Below, piece after piece: positions 29,490-40,179 of a DNA stretch of 64,000 bases. The notes below the pieces were generated by a model. That model saw nothing but the letters and a program-made list of their open reading frames with translations. It had not been told where the DNA came from and did not search any database. This DNA is from Sedimentisphaerales bacterium (lineage in GTDB: Bacteria; Planctomycetota; Phycisphaerae; Sedimentisphaerales; SM23-30): assembly GCA_963666285.1 (NCBI GenBank), contig OY762711.1. One strand, given 5' to 3'. Positions within the stretch are counted from its first letter, which is position 1. Each line of letters opens with the position of its first letter. A program made the position numbers and the translations under genes.

Positions 29490-31034
29490 CTATGATAAAG
29501 CAATATCGTCTTGTTCATTACTTAAATAAATATTCCTTGTACTGGCAGATATAACCGGAAGAATTACTGTGAAGGTAGAGCCTTTACCAACTTCGCTGTC
29601 AACAACAATATTACCTTCATGTTTTTTAATAATTCCATGTGTAACACTCAAACCAAGCCCTGTACCCTTGCCAAGCGGCTTGGTAGTATAAAACGGGTCA
29701 AATATCTGCTTGATATTTTCAGACGCTATCCCGCATCCGGTGTCAGATATACTGGCATAAACAAATTCGCCATCATGCCAGACCTTTATACTTATTTCGC
29801 CCTCGTCTCTAATAGCCTGTGCTGCATTAGAGATAAGATTCATAAAAACCTGATTGATCTCACCTGGATGACATATTATCGAAGGAACCTGCTGACTATA
29901 ATCTTCAATTACCTTGCATTTATATTTAAGCTCATTGTTCAATATTTTCAAAGTACTCTTAATACCATCAACCAGATTATATTTAACCATTTCCCTGGCA
30001 TCCGGCCGGGCAAATGATTTAAGATTAGAAACAATCTCGGTCACACGTTCGGTTCCATCAAGACATTCATCAATCAGTCTTCCAATATCTTTAACAATAA
30101 ATTTGAAATCTTCCCGCTCATCAATGGACTTAATCTGCTCTACCATCTTAACAATATCATCAGAGCCTGCATCTTCCATTGCCTGGGCGATACAAACAAT
30201 ATCCTGAAATATCCTGACATAATCCTGCATAGTAATAATATTAGCACCAATATACCCAACCGGGTTGTTGATCTCGTGTGCAACTCCAGCAGATAGTTCA
30301 CCCAAAGATTCCAGTTTTTGCCTCTGGTACAACTGGGCTTCAAGTTCCTTGTCTTTCTGGGCTGCGGTAAGTTCATCAAATACAGCATTTACAGGTTTAA
30401 TAATAGCCATATTTACAATAAAGGCAGTCGTAACCAGAACAACCAGAATAACAAAACCGGAAAAAACCATTGTGGCATAATTATAATTTCTAGTATCAGT
30501 ATTTATCTGATCAATCTCATCGTGCAAATTTGCCTCCATATCACGAGACATCTTAGTAAAGATATTCAGTAAATTATCTTTTCTTTTTGTGAGTTCAGGT
30601 GTAATTTTTTCAGCTTTTTCAAGCTGTTCAGGATTTTTTTCATCCATCATTCCGTAGACATAGTCTGCGGCTATCGAAAATTCGAGAAAACTATTTAGCA
30701 GATTTGAGATTTCACCTCTTTTGCTTTCACTTACATCAGAATTTGATAAAATAACCTTCAATGCCTGTTCAACTTTTTTTTGCTCATCCCATGCTTTTTC
30801 CAAAAGGTTCCATTCCCCTGTCATAACGGCATCTTCATAAAGACGTAATTGAGACTTAAAACTTTCAAGAGCGAGGCTACCGTTTTGAGCAGCGGGAAAA
30901 ACACTATGAGAAATATTATCCAACCTTCTGATATTATTTCTATCCAGCAGATATCCAACAAGGCCATTGATAACTATACTTATAAGTAAGATACCAACAA
31001 CAAGCCATATTTTCCATTTTATATCTGATTTCAT
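29490..31034 (-). CDS. Membrane sensor histidine kinase (NtrB-like core)
   Basis: Two TM helices, AHEINNP, NLISNAAQA, DTGCGI, KGTGLGL; start taken at MKSDIK. Confidence 0.92.
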   Translation of the reverse strand: MKSDIKWKIWLVVGILLISIVINGLVGYLLDRNNIRRLDNISHSVFPAAQNGSLALESFKSQLRLYEDAVMTGEWNLLEKAWDEQKKVEQALKVILSNSDVSESKRGEISNLLNSFLEFSIAADYVYGMMDEKNPEQLEKAEKITPELTKRKDNLLNIFTKMSRDMEANLHDEIDQINTDTRNYNYATMVFSGFVILVVLVTTAFIVNMAIIKPVNAVFDELTAAQKDKELEAQLYQRQKLESLGELSAGVAHEINNPVGYIGANIITMQDYVRIFQDIVCIAQAMEDAGSDDIVKMVEQIKSIDEREDFKFIVKDIGRLIDECLDGTERVTEIVSNLKSFARPDAREMVKYNLVDGIKSTLKILNNELKYKCKVIEDYSQQVPSIICHPGEINQVFMNLISNAAQAIRDEGEISIKVWHDGEFVYASISDTGCGIASENIKQIFDPFYTTKPLGKGTGLGLSVTHGIIKKHEGNIVVDSEVGKGSTFTVILPVISASTRNIYLSNEQDDIALS

Positions 31035-31081
31035 TAACAATACCTGAAGTACAAGTATTAACAATTACACAATTACTAAAC

Positions 31082-32221
31082 TCATTTAAATAAATTACTA
31101 AATTCAGGAATTACCGGCAGGGAAATAGTAAATACCGTTCCCTCACCGGGGACACTTTCAAAATCTATTTTCCCGCTATGTTTATCAATTATCCCATGAG
31201 ACACACTCAGACCAAGTCCAGTACCTTTGCCAACCGGCTTTGTGGAGAAAAACGGATCAAAAACATAGTCAACATTTTCTGAAGGAATACCACAACCATT
31301 ATCTCTGATTTCAATAATAACACTATCATTTTGAGCTCTGGTTTTGATTTCTATAACCCCGTCAGTATCAATTGCCTGAACGGCATTATTGATAATATTG
31401 ATAAAAACCTGATTTAACTCACCGGGATAACATTCTATCTCAGGAACCTCACCATAATCTTCAATTACTCTGCATTTATACTTAAGCTCATTCTGCATCA
31501 CCTTTAGAGTTGATTTCATTCCATCATTAACATTATAACGAACTTTTTCCTTCAGGTCCGGCCTGGCAAATGATTTTAGATTTGACACAATATCTGATAC
31601 CCGGGCGGCTCCGTCGATGTTTTCTTCCAATAGGATATTTAAGTCAGAAATAACATCATTTATACTTTCCCTGCTATCCAGTTCTCGATACTGTTCTCTA
31701 AGTTTTTCAATGTCAGTTCCTGTATTATTGCAGATTTCAGATGAAATATCAGCCAACCTCCTGAGAACCTCGACATACTCTTTCATTATTTTCATGTTGC
31801 CGTAAATAAATCCAATTGGATTATTTATTTCATGGGCTATGCCGGCAGCAAGCTCACCTATTGCTTCCAGTTTCTGGGCATGATATATCTGGGCTTCCAT
31901 GGCTTCCTGACTGGATACATTCTGCCACAATATGACGGCAATTCGTAAATTGACAATATCTAGATGAGCCGGCCATACTTTGATTTGTATAATACCATCT
32001 TCAGACTGAAACCGCATTTCATCATATCTACCAGTTTCAATAACAGAGCGAACAAAGCATATTTCACAAGAACGACAAACAGGACAGACAAATTCACATA
32101 CATTTGTATTAGAATACTCTTTGGGATCAAGATTACTAGCGTACAATACAGACAGCTTTTCATCTATTATATATATCACTTCTGAATTCTTATTGCCCAT
32201 ATTTTCAAATGCCGTACCCAT
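31082..32221 (-). CDS. Cytoplasmic sensor histidine kinase with Cys-rich PAS-like input
   Basis: CEFVCPVCRSCEIC; AHEINNP, DNGCGI, GTGLGL; no TM. Confidence 0.9.
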   Translation of the reverse strand: MGTAFENMGNKNSEVIYIIDEKLSVLYASNLDPKEYSNTNVCEFVCPVCRSCEICFVRSVIETGRYDEMRFQSEDGIIQIKVWPAHLDIVNLRIAVILWQNVSSQEAMEAQIYHAQKLEAIGELAAGIAHEINNPIGFIYGNMKIMKEYVEVLRRLADISSEICNNTGTDIEKLREQYRELDSRESINDVISDLNILLEENIDGAARVSDIVSNLKSFARPDLKEKVRYNVNDGMKSTLKVMQNELKYKCRVIEDYGEVPEIECYPGELNQVFINIINNAVQAIDTDGVIEIKTRAQNDSVIIEIRDNGCGIPSENVDYVFDPFFSTKPVGKGTGLGLSVSHGIIDKHSGKIDFESVPGEGTVFTISLPVIPEFSNLFK

Positions 32222-32366
32222 AGATATTTCCTTGATATTATAGTCCTATAACACAGTCAGTCGTAAAAGACATACTATCATTTATGTATATTTTTATCGG
32301 TTCAGAGAATATACTAATTAATTAGAAAACAGCTTCACAAACTGCCGACTCTAATAATCATTAGTA

Positions 32367-32401
32367 AAAAAGGGTATCTGCCGAAAACGGATACCCTTTA
32401 A
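32367..32401 (-). terminator. Rho-independent terminator
   Basis: AAAGGGTATC...GATACCCTTT hairpin after the porin gene. Confidence 0.7.
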
Positions 32402-32436
32402 TTAAGTCATGCTTATATATTTGAAACATATTCGGA

Positions 32437-33627
32437 CTAAAACGCCCAGGTTGTCTTAATAGAGAACATAGTGCTGTCACCACCATTTTGGGGATTTTTC
32501 TTAGCAGGCCACTGCGATGTTCCATCGCCATCATTAAAGTCTATCTGAGCTTTAATTAGCCATGAATATGTAATATTATATTTTGCGAATATTGAATAAG
32601 AGTGAATATCTGTCTCAATAATGTTTGTATTACCATCGGTAATATCAAGTTCAGTATAATAGCATCCGGCAGAGAATTTATCATTAAACTCATAATTTGC
32701 ACCAATATACCATCCGGTACTCTGCTCAATACTGTCTTTTCTCTGCAAATTGTATTCATACATCAAGGTAAGCTGATCCACCATATATTCCAATGAATAT
32801 ACATGATTGGCTCTATTATCCTGCGACTCCGGAGCATCAACACGAACAGGGTCGCCAGTAAGAGGATCATAACCGTCGATATAATCATACAAAGTCATCT
32901 CAGCATCAATTCTGCGCCAGGTATAACCCGCCCGAAGACCATCAAGTGGAGTTTCCCATAAAAGTTGCAGATTAGAACTTTTCGCGTTATCAACTTCGAT
33001 ATCGGTAACACCAAAATATGACAGATTATAACCTACATCACCTGATGATGATTCAATCGCCACAACATTTCCGGTACCAATCTGATATTGCAGGTATCCT
33101 AAATCGCTTAAATTCAAAGTGCCATAGAGCGATACGCCATCACAAGCAGAAAAATAATCTCTGTATATTTCAGGGTAAATAGTTTGCGGGAGGAAAACAG
33201 AGGTACGAAGCATATCTACGTCCCTGGTTTCATTATAAAGACCCGTCGCAACACGGTAACGCCCGGCCCTTATTCCAATAGCATCATCAATACGCCAATC
33301 AATCAATCCATAGTGCAGCCCGATTTTATCATCTCCCTGCTCGTCTAAAGTATATCCCATCAATTGAGCTGCCAGCATTATATCCTCAGTTACGTTACCA
33401 GCAAAGTTGACACCAAACTCTCTCAAATCAAAAGTGCCATTTTTAGAACCAACTATAACATCATTATCACTACTTTTTATATAGCCCTGCGAGAAAAAAC
33501 CGTGCATATCTACTGTTTCAATTGGAAAACCAATTTCTTTAAGATCAAGTTCAACTGCTAAGCCTGTAGCCGAAACAGTTAAGACTAAAAACAGTACATA
33601 AGTTAGTTTTATGTTTATATTTATCAT
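32437..33627 (-). CDS. Outer-membrane beta-barrel (porin-like)
   Basis: Signal peptide, HGFFSQG, GLYNETRDVD motif, C-terminal aromatic residue (TTWAF). Confidence 0.8.
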   Translation of the reverse strand: MININIKLTYVLFLVLTVSATGLAVELDLKEIGFPIETVDMHGFFSQGYIKSSDNDVIVGSKNGTFDLREFGVNFAGNVTEDIMLAAQLMGYTLDEQGDDKIGLHYGLIDWRIDDAIGIRAGRYRVATGLYNETRDVDMLRTSVFLPQTIYPEIYRDYFSACDGVSLYGTLNLSDLGYLQYQIGTGNVVAIESSSGDVGYNLSYFGVTDIEVDNAKSSNLQLLWETPLDGLRAGYTWRRIDAEMTLYDYIDGYDPLTGDPVRVDAPESQDNRANHVYSLEYMVDQLTLMYEYNLQRKDSIEQSTGWYIGANYEFNDKFSAGCYYTELDITDGNTNIIETDIHSYSIFAKYNITYSWLIKAQIDFNDGDGTSQWPAKKNPQNGGDSTMFSIKTTWAF

Positions 33628-33674
33628 TTTTCACTCCTGTTATTTAGGATGATGTCTTTTTTATTTTTGGTCGA

Positions 33675-34160
33675 TTACTCGATATCCTTTTTTTTCACAT
33701 TGATACAAAGTACTTTAACTGAATCATTTACTACAAACTTATCTTTCGAAGTCCTGATATGAATGTAACCGATTGACCCTTCTGTTTTGGCAACATGTTC
33801 AACAAGCTCTTTCTCAGTATTAAAAGCTTTCGGCATCTTAGCTTTTCCTGAAAAAACAAGTTTCTTCCAGAAATTCTTAAACTGATTTGCAGTCTTATTT
33901 ACATAATTTCTTACAAATGATTCATGGACAGCACCTTGCTTCAAAGTAGCAATATTAACCTTAACCTTCTTTTCACCAACAGAAGTAGTTCTACCTAAAA
34001 ATATTTCCTCAACTGTGGTTTTATCAATAGTTGTTAAAGGCACAGATTTATGACAAACAATAACAATCTGTTCCGGCTTGACCTCTTCAGCTAATGCTAT
34101 TGACTGGAAATATATCAGGCAGGAAGCTATAGCCAATAACACCAACAATGATTTCTTCAT
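33675..34160 (-). CDS. Small phosphate-binding-protein-like periplasmic protein
   Basis: Signal peptide; EIFLG, FWKKLVFSGKAKMPK, VAKTEGSIGYI; start taken at MKKSLL. Confidence 0.8.
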   Translation of the reverse strand: MKKSLLVLLAIASCLIYFQSIALAEEVKPEQIVIVCHKSVPLTTIDKTTVEEIFLGRTTSVGEKKVKVNIATLKQGAVHESFVRNYVNKTANQFKNFWKKLVFSGKAKMPKAFNTEKELVEHVAKTEGSIGYIHIRTSKDKFVVNDSVKVLCINVKKKDIE

Positions 34161-34564
34161 ATTCAAACTCCTGTGGTATCTAAGTTTATCAATATTTGCC
34201 TGCAGTAGTAGATGCAGCAAACACTTACCAACAGCGACTTATTTAATCCATTTATATTTAGACATTTATGTTAATACAGACAATTTTTCGGCTATATATG
34301 AAGAGCTAAATAAGAAAATAAATATTATAATAATATTTTATTTGTTACTAAAATACATACAGCTTAAAAGTAAATTGAAAACAAGAATTATCAGTACTGA
34401 TAATTAGGGAAGATATGAAAAACAATCCAACAAAGAAAAATAACTTTAGAATATTATTTATTGGTCCAATAAATGTGCATTTTATGCTTCGCATCATATA
34501 CATGGCACACTTTTGACTGTTCAACATTATTCGCAAATGCCGGAACAGGACCAATTAAGAGATA

Positions 34565-34710
34565 AATTAAGGTATTCGACTATCCTTCGGCAAGCTCAGG
34601 ACAGGTCGTCTCACGTTTTGTTTAAATTCAGAGTGTTGCAGGAAGGCCTTTTAGGCGTTTTACCAAAGGCACTTCGTTATTGCATCTTAAAACTGCGAAA
34701 GTCAACTAAA
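34565..34710 (+). repeat. Dispersed intergenic repeat family A, copy with nested 23-nt insert
   Basis: Matches 19670-19776 and the inverted 5245-5325; extra TCCTTCGGCAAGCTCAGGACAGG at 34583-34605. Confidence 0.82.
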
Positions 34711-35940
34711 TTACAAACCAACAAAATCACCAAATTTAAATAAATTACCAATCGGCTCATCGGGAAAAGCGTTGGTTCTATTACTATCAATATGCAATGA
34801 AAACAATGCGAAACTTTCATGATTACCACTCACCTGGTAATGATGCTGACCTCTACCATCAAACATCAACCCCTGCCCCTGTGATAGATGATATTTTTGG
34901 TCGTCGATAAAAATAGTTTCTGAACCCTTGATTACAAATATAAATTTCTTTTCAGAGATATATACGTTTTTTACTGGAACATTAAGGCTCCGATCAGTTT
35001 CATTCTTTAAATAGCCAACACGAAATTGATCGGCCAAACTTTGCATAAGATTTAATTCATGTGTTTTTCCCTGGCTATCAAGAGAGTTCATTTTTACATT
35101 TTTGACATTACCCCGCTCACACCCTCCCTTGAAAGCAAACTTAAGAAATTCAATTAAATCCACTCCTAAACAATCAGTAAGCATATTTAGCGTAATCAAA
35201 GAAGGACATCTTTTATTTTGTTCAATACCAGATATCGTCGCAACAGTTACAGTTGATTCCCGAGCAAACATTTCTAAGCTATACCCCATTGTCGTACGAA
35301 GCATACGTAATGTGGAAAAATCAAATCTTCGCTTACAAGGTGAAAGTAACATATATTTATCAACTTTCTTTTGGAAATAATTTCCAGGCAGAAGAAATTC
35401 CGGCTGAGAAACTAATTTTGCGACATTATTATCATATGGTACTATCAATATTACGATTCTGGCCGGTCCGTCAATAACAGTAAACTTACCATTCGCCCCT
35501 CGGCAGGTAATAAATTTACCTTCTGAAATACTACAGTTTGTTGAATTGCAATCCAGACTGACTCCACCTTCTATCAGAAAAAAATGTTGTATAAAACACT
35601 TATTCATATAATATGAAAAACCGGTTTCCACTTCTAAATAAGCAACTGCCATACCAGGCAACTCATAAAACCAGCAATTGCCCATATTAGAGTCGAAATC
35701 AAATAAACAAGGTTTTACTGTTTGAGTTTGATGTCTTTTAGCGTATGTAATAAGATCCGGATAACTTACATCCAATGCTTCAGTAAGAGCCATAACGACC
35801 GGCATCGATGGTACAAATTTTCCATTTTCAATATTTGCAATAGTCTGCCTGGATACATCACAAAGTTTTGCGAGTTTATCACGACTAAGCGATTTTTGGC
35901 GACGAAGATATTTAATTATACTAAAATCAAATACAGCCAA
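34711..35940 (-). CDS. XRE-family regulator with duplicated HTH-cupin architecture
   Basis: HTH1 LRRQKSLSRDKLAKLCDVSRQTIANIENG; HTH2 LRTTMGYSLEMFARESTVTVATISGIEQN; cupin-like FVIKGSETIFID...FDGRGQHHY. Confidence 0.8.
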   Translation of the reverse strand: MAVFDFSIIKYLRRQKSLSRDKLAKLCDVSRQTIANIENGKFVPSMPVVMALTEALDVSYPDLITYAKRHQTQTVKPCLFDFDSNMGNCWFYELPGMAVAYLEVETGFSYYMNKCFIQHFFLIEGGVSLDCNSTNCSISEGKFITCRGANGKFTVIDGPARIVILIVPYDNNVAKLVSQPEFLLPGNYFQKKVDKYMLLSPCKRRFDFSTLRMLRTTMGYSLEMFARESTVTVATISGIEQNKRCPSLITLNMLTDCLGVDLIEFLKFAFKGGCERGNVKNVKMNSLDSQGKTHELNLMQSLADQFRVGYLKNETDRSLNVPVKNVYISEKKFIFVIKGSETIFIDDQKYHLSQGQGLMFDGRGQHHYQVSGNHESFALFSLHIDSNRTNAFPDEPIGNLFKFGDFVGL

Positions 35941-36462
35941 CGATTTAATGCCCTACAACAAGATAAATGATTTTTTATTAAAAAGAATATATATTTAATA
36001 TAGCTTTATATCAATCATAAGTAAAACTTTATTAAACTTATTTTTTAATAAACAAGAATTTCCTTGATGCAAAAGATATCACTCAACAGTCAAAACACCA
36101 TGCATCATATTACAAAACATAGGCTTATGAACGCAGAAACATTATTAAACAATCTCAACATATCATCATCTACACCTTATAAAATGCCACATTAAGAAAG
36201 AAAATATAATAAAATATGGTTAGCAGAATAATACGCAAAATGAACCAGACAGAAGAAATAATATAATCAAAAATGTCAGTTTCTCAAATTGGAAAAATCA
36301 CCCAGATAATAGCTGTTAGAGTAGAAGATTCCGCTAATTTCGCACAAAAACCAGCAGGCAAACTTAATCAATAGATGATGTCGTCAATGGTCTGGTTAAT
36401 CCAGTCGACAGCAAGTAACATTCCGATTAATCAATAAACATCCCAAAAAAGCTTATAGATTA

Positions 36463-37275
36463 TTAATTATTGTAATTATCACGTATTTTCTCAGTTTTTC
36501 TTTTAATACCTGGAATTATCTCTTTAATCCGTGTAATACGCTTGCTATCTGCAGGATGGGTGCTGAAAAAGTCTATTTCATCACCACCGGACTTTTCACT
36601 CATTGTTTGCCAGAAATCTATTGCAGCATCAGGGGCAAAACCAGCCAAAGTCGAAAGCTGAAGTCCAATTTCATCGGCTTCATATTCATGTTTTCTACTA
36701 AATGGCAACAACACTCCAACCTGGGAACCAAATGAAAACGCCGTCAGAAATGCCTGTCTTTTATTCTCTGACTCATCTTTTAACGTATAATCCACAGCCA
36801 TTGCGGTACCAGTAATTGCTAATTGTTGTGTCATTCGTTCTGCGCCATGCTTGGCAACAGCATGGGCTATCTCATGACCTATAACAATGGCAAGCTTGTC
36901 ATCGGTATCAGCGACCTCCAATAATCCTGTATAAACGACAATTTTCCCACCAGGCATACACCAGGCATTTACAGTTTTATCCTCAACCACTTGAATTTCC
37001 CAGTCAAAATCTGACGGATCAATACCTACTTTTTTGCCATATTTATCAACAGCCTTAGTAATGGTAGTACCAACCCGATTCACCATTGCGACCTTACTGG
37101 AATCTTTTGAAATTTTAGCCTCTTCCAGAAACTCTTTATATGATTCTCTGGCTAACTGATTTATTGTCGAGTCAGGAACCAGATTAAATTGCTGACGGCC
37201 AGTTATGGGTACATCCTGACAGCCGCCTATCATTAAAGCCAAAATAACAACAATATTTATAATATATTTCTTCAT
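36463..37275 (-). CDS. M48-family zinc metallopeptidase lipoprotein
   Basis: Lipobox IGGC, NAWCMPGG, HEIAH, EYEADEIG, STHP. Confidence 0.93.
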   Translation of the reverse strand: MKKYIINIVVILALMIGGCQDVPITGRQQFNLVPDSTINQLARESYKEFLEEAKISKDSSKVAMVNRVGTTITKAVDKYGKKVGIDPSDFDWEIQVVEDKTVNAWCMPGGKIVVYTGLLEVADTDDKLAIVIGHEIAHAVAKHGAERMTQQLAITGTAMAVDYTLKDESENKRQAFLTAFSFGSQVGVLLPFSRKHEYEADEIGLQLSTLAGFAPDAAIDFWQTMSEKSGGDEIDFFSTHPADSKRITRIKEIIPGIKRKTEKIRDNYNN

Positions 37276-37642
37276 AGTTAGTTACCTCAATAAAAACCAG
37301 ACAAATAAGAAAAATGGACGAATATATATTATCTAATTCTAATACTTTTTCTAGAATAATACGATAAAAAGATATCAACATTTTTATCAATAGTGTATTA
37401 TTGATAACACAACAATGATTGTATGGGCAATTAATAAGTTATATCCAAAGCATAAATCACCAACTAAGGTTAAGATTTAACCATTTTACGCCTTTTTTTG
37501 GCATATTTTACTTTTGGTTTTCAAGTAATTTGATATAATTATACCCGAATGATCTATAAACGTAATGCTGGCTTTAACTGCGTTATTATTCGCTGCAGTT
37601 CTGCCATTTAGTCAATCCATAATAAACAAAAGTAGTATGTAT

Positions 37643-38968
37643 ATGAAATTTAGAGGCGGCTATAATATCGATTTAAGCAATAGTCCTGCTGCACGCGTCG
37701 ATACGGTTGATATACCTGACGAACTTTTCATCCCATTTTGCTATTCAACTTTTAATTTTTCTCAATTAAAAGTCGCTGATGGTCAAAAGGTGCAAAAAGG
37801 AGAAATACTGGCTATCGACCCGGAAAATTATAATCTGCCAATACTGGCATCAATGACCGGCATAGTAGAGCTAGGCGAAACATCAATCAAAATATCAAAT
37901 TTAAGCTCAAGCGGCCAGGCTGAGATACCAAACACAAGTGGCATCTCAAAACTTGTTCAAATGGGAGCCTGGCGGTATTTTACTGATGCTTTCAGTAAAA
38001 AAACCGCAAAAACGGAAAAGCCCGATGGAATTATTTTGAAGCTGGTTGACCTTGATAGCTATGTAATGACCAGCCAGTTGGAACTGATAGGGAATGTCGA
38101 CGACCTATGTAAAGGGATCGATTCGCTAGCAGAACTGGCTGAAAATGCCAAAATAATTATTGTTATATCTAATAAACAGGCAAAATCTGCCGAAATCAAG
38201 CCCAAAACTTTTGCTGGAAAAGGCAATATAGAACTAGTCACAATTCCAGATAAATATGGACAGGACAATTCAGCCCTCCTTGCCGACAAAGCCGGTTTTA
38301 CCCCCTACCAGAATATCTGGTCTGTTTCAACGCAAGGAGTATTTGCCGTTGATTCTGTAATCAATAAAGGCCAGTTCTGTGTTGATTTGATGTTTTCTTT
38401 TGCCGGTCCAGGCGTAAAAGAACCCAGATACATGAAAGCCCCTGTCGGTTACCCAATAGATAAGCTCTTAGATCAAGATAAAGTTATTGAAGAACCAGCA
38501 CGAATTATCAGTGGCGGAGTTTTAAGCGGAAGAACAATCGATATTTCAGAAAAAGGGCTGGCACACGATACTATTGGCGTTACCGTCTTGAGCGATAGTC
38601 CAAAACGTAAATTTCTAAAATTTGCTATGCTCGGCATGGATGATATGAGGTTTTCAAAGAAAATGACAACAGCCTTGGGAGGTGAAATCAGAGCCTGCAT
38701 CCAATGCGGTTACTGCCAGGAAGTATGTCCGGCAGGGCTAATGCCTGACTTGTTACATAAGATATTATATGCAAAAGACTTAGACAGAGCTGAAGTTTCA
38801 GGACTGCAAAAATGTGTTCGATGCGGACTGTGTTCCTATATTTGTGTTTCAAAAATTGATTTAACAGAAGAGTTTATTCAGGCTCAAGACCATATTGCTG
38901 CTGAACATGCAGAACACGCCGCTCACGAAGCTGCAAAAGCCAAAGAACAAGAACAGGAGGCGGTCTGA
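37643..38968 (+). CDS. nqrA: NqrA/RnfC-like subunit with C-terminal 2x[4Fe-4S] motifs
   Basis: First gene of an nqr-order operon; RIISGGVLSG, MTTALGGEIRA, CIQCGYCQEVCP, CVRCGLCSYIC. Confidence 0.75.
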   Translation: MKFRGGYNIDLSNSPAARVDTVDIPDELFIPFCYSTFNFSQLKVADGQKVQKGEILAIDPENYNLPILASMTGIVELGETSIKISNLSSSGQAEIPNTSGISKLVQMGAWRYFTDAFSKKTAKTEKPDGIILKLVDLDSYVMTSQLELIGNVDDLCKGIDSLAELAENAKIIIVISNKQAKSAEIKPKTFAGKGNIELVTIPDKYGQDNSALLADKAGFTPYQNIWSVSTQGVFAVDSVINKGQFCVDLMFSFAGPGVKEPRYMKAPVGYPIDKLLDQDKVIEEPARIISGGVLSGRTIDISEKGLAHDTIGVTVLSDSPKRKFLKFAMLGMDDMRFSKKMTTALGGEIRACIQCGYCQEVCPAGLMPDLLHKILYAKDLDRAEVSGLQKCVRCGLCSYICVSKIDLTEEFIQAQDHIAAEHAEHAAHEAAKAKEQEQEAV

Positions 38969-40098
38969 TGAAATTTATTAAGAATATATTCGACAAGGCC
39001 AGACCACACTTTGAAGAAAATGGAATTTTCAAGGTTTTCACACCTCTTTTTGAAGCGACAGAGAATTTCTTCTTCTCTCCTGATACCAAAACTATTGTCG
39101 GGCCACATGTTCGTAATTCCATGGAAATCAAACGCTATATGTCGATGGTGATTGTTTCGCTGATACCTTGCGTATTGGCAGCATTTTACTTTTTCGGCTG
39201 GCGTATTATCCCACTAATCATCACCTCATATGTTGTTGGCGGTATAGTCGAAGTAATTGTAGCCTGCTGTCGAAAAGAAGAAATCCAGGAAGGTTTCCTG
39301 GTCACAGGTTTACTATTCCCACTGGTACTACCACCTGACACACCTTTATGGGTATGTGCCGTTGGTGTGGCTTTCGGCGTATTTTTCGGAAAAGAGATAT
39401 TTGGCGGTACAGGCAGAAACCTGTTTAACCCGGCAATCCTTGGAAGATGTTTTGTCGGTCTTGCTTATGCCCCTGATATGGCGGGATGGGTAGAACCTGG
39501 TAGCGGCCCCTTAGGCAGAATGCTTGACTTCTGGCCTTTCAGCTTTTTCTGGGGAGCTTCGGCTCCGGAAGCAATCTCTACAGCAACTCCATTAGTTGCA
39601 TATGCTGATGGCAGTTCACCGAGCTACATGGAGATGTTTCTGGGCCAAACTACCGGATGCATTGGCGAGACATCAACCCTGGCAATCCTTATTGGAGCCG
39701 CAATTCTCATATTTTTCAAAATTTCAAACTGGCGTTCAACTGTTGCAACCCTGATATCATTTAGCGCCTTATCTGCTATAATGTATGCAATTGATCAGCG
39801 ATCAGCTGACCCCCAGAATTTTCCTCCTGTTCAGTACCATCTGCTGGCTGGCGGGATAATGTTTGGCTCAGTATTTATGGTAACAGACCCGGTAACCAGC
39901 CCGGCTACAAATGCAGGTCGAATTATCTACGGAATAATAATAGGAAGCGTAACCGTGCTAGTGAGAAATTTAGGCGGTTTTCCGGAAGGAATGATGTTTG
40001 CGATTCTTTTGGGTAACGTATGTGCTCCTCTTATTGATGAGGTTATCATTCGAATGCACGTAAAAAAATTCAGTGCAGTAAAAACTGCCGAAAACTAG
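38968..40098 (+). CDS. nqrB: NqrB/RnfD-family membrane subunit
   Basis: KEIFGGTGRNLFNPA, ISTATPL (FMN Thr), GCIGETS, FMVTDPVT, EGMMFAIL. Confidence 0.9.
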   Translation: MKFIKNIFDKARPHFEENGIFKVFTPLFEATENFFFSPDTKTIVGPHVRNSMEIKRYMSMVIVSLIPCVLAAFYFFGWRIIPLIITSYVVGGIVEVIVACCRKEEIQEGFLVTGLLFPLVLPPDTPLWVCAVGVAFGVFFGKEIFGGTGRNLFNPAILGRCFVGLAYAPDMAGWVEPGSGPLGRMLDFWPFSFFWGASAPEAISTATPLVAYADGSSPSYMEMFLGQTTGCIGETSTLAILIGAAILIFFKISNWRSTVATLISFSALSAIMYAIDQRSADPQNFPPVQYHLLAGGIMFGSVFMVTDPVTSPATNAGRIIYGIIIGSVTVLVRNLGGFPEGMMFAILLGNVCAPLIDEVIIRMHVKKFSAVKTAEN

Positions 40099-40179
40099 TA
40101 TTCAGCATTTTATTGATCAAATGCTGATATTTAGCAGCAATTTAACACTGGCTATATATGATCGGATATCAGATCTATC

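Noticed and set aside
36355..36420. c-di-GMP-I riboswitch-like words (GGCAAAC...GGTCT...GACAGC)
   Set aside because: GAAA tetraloop and GCAAAG core are missing, and there is no downstream gene on that strand.
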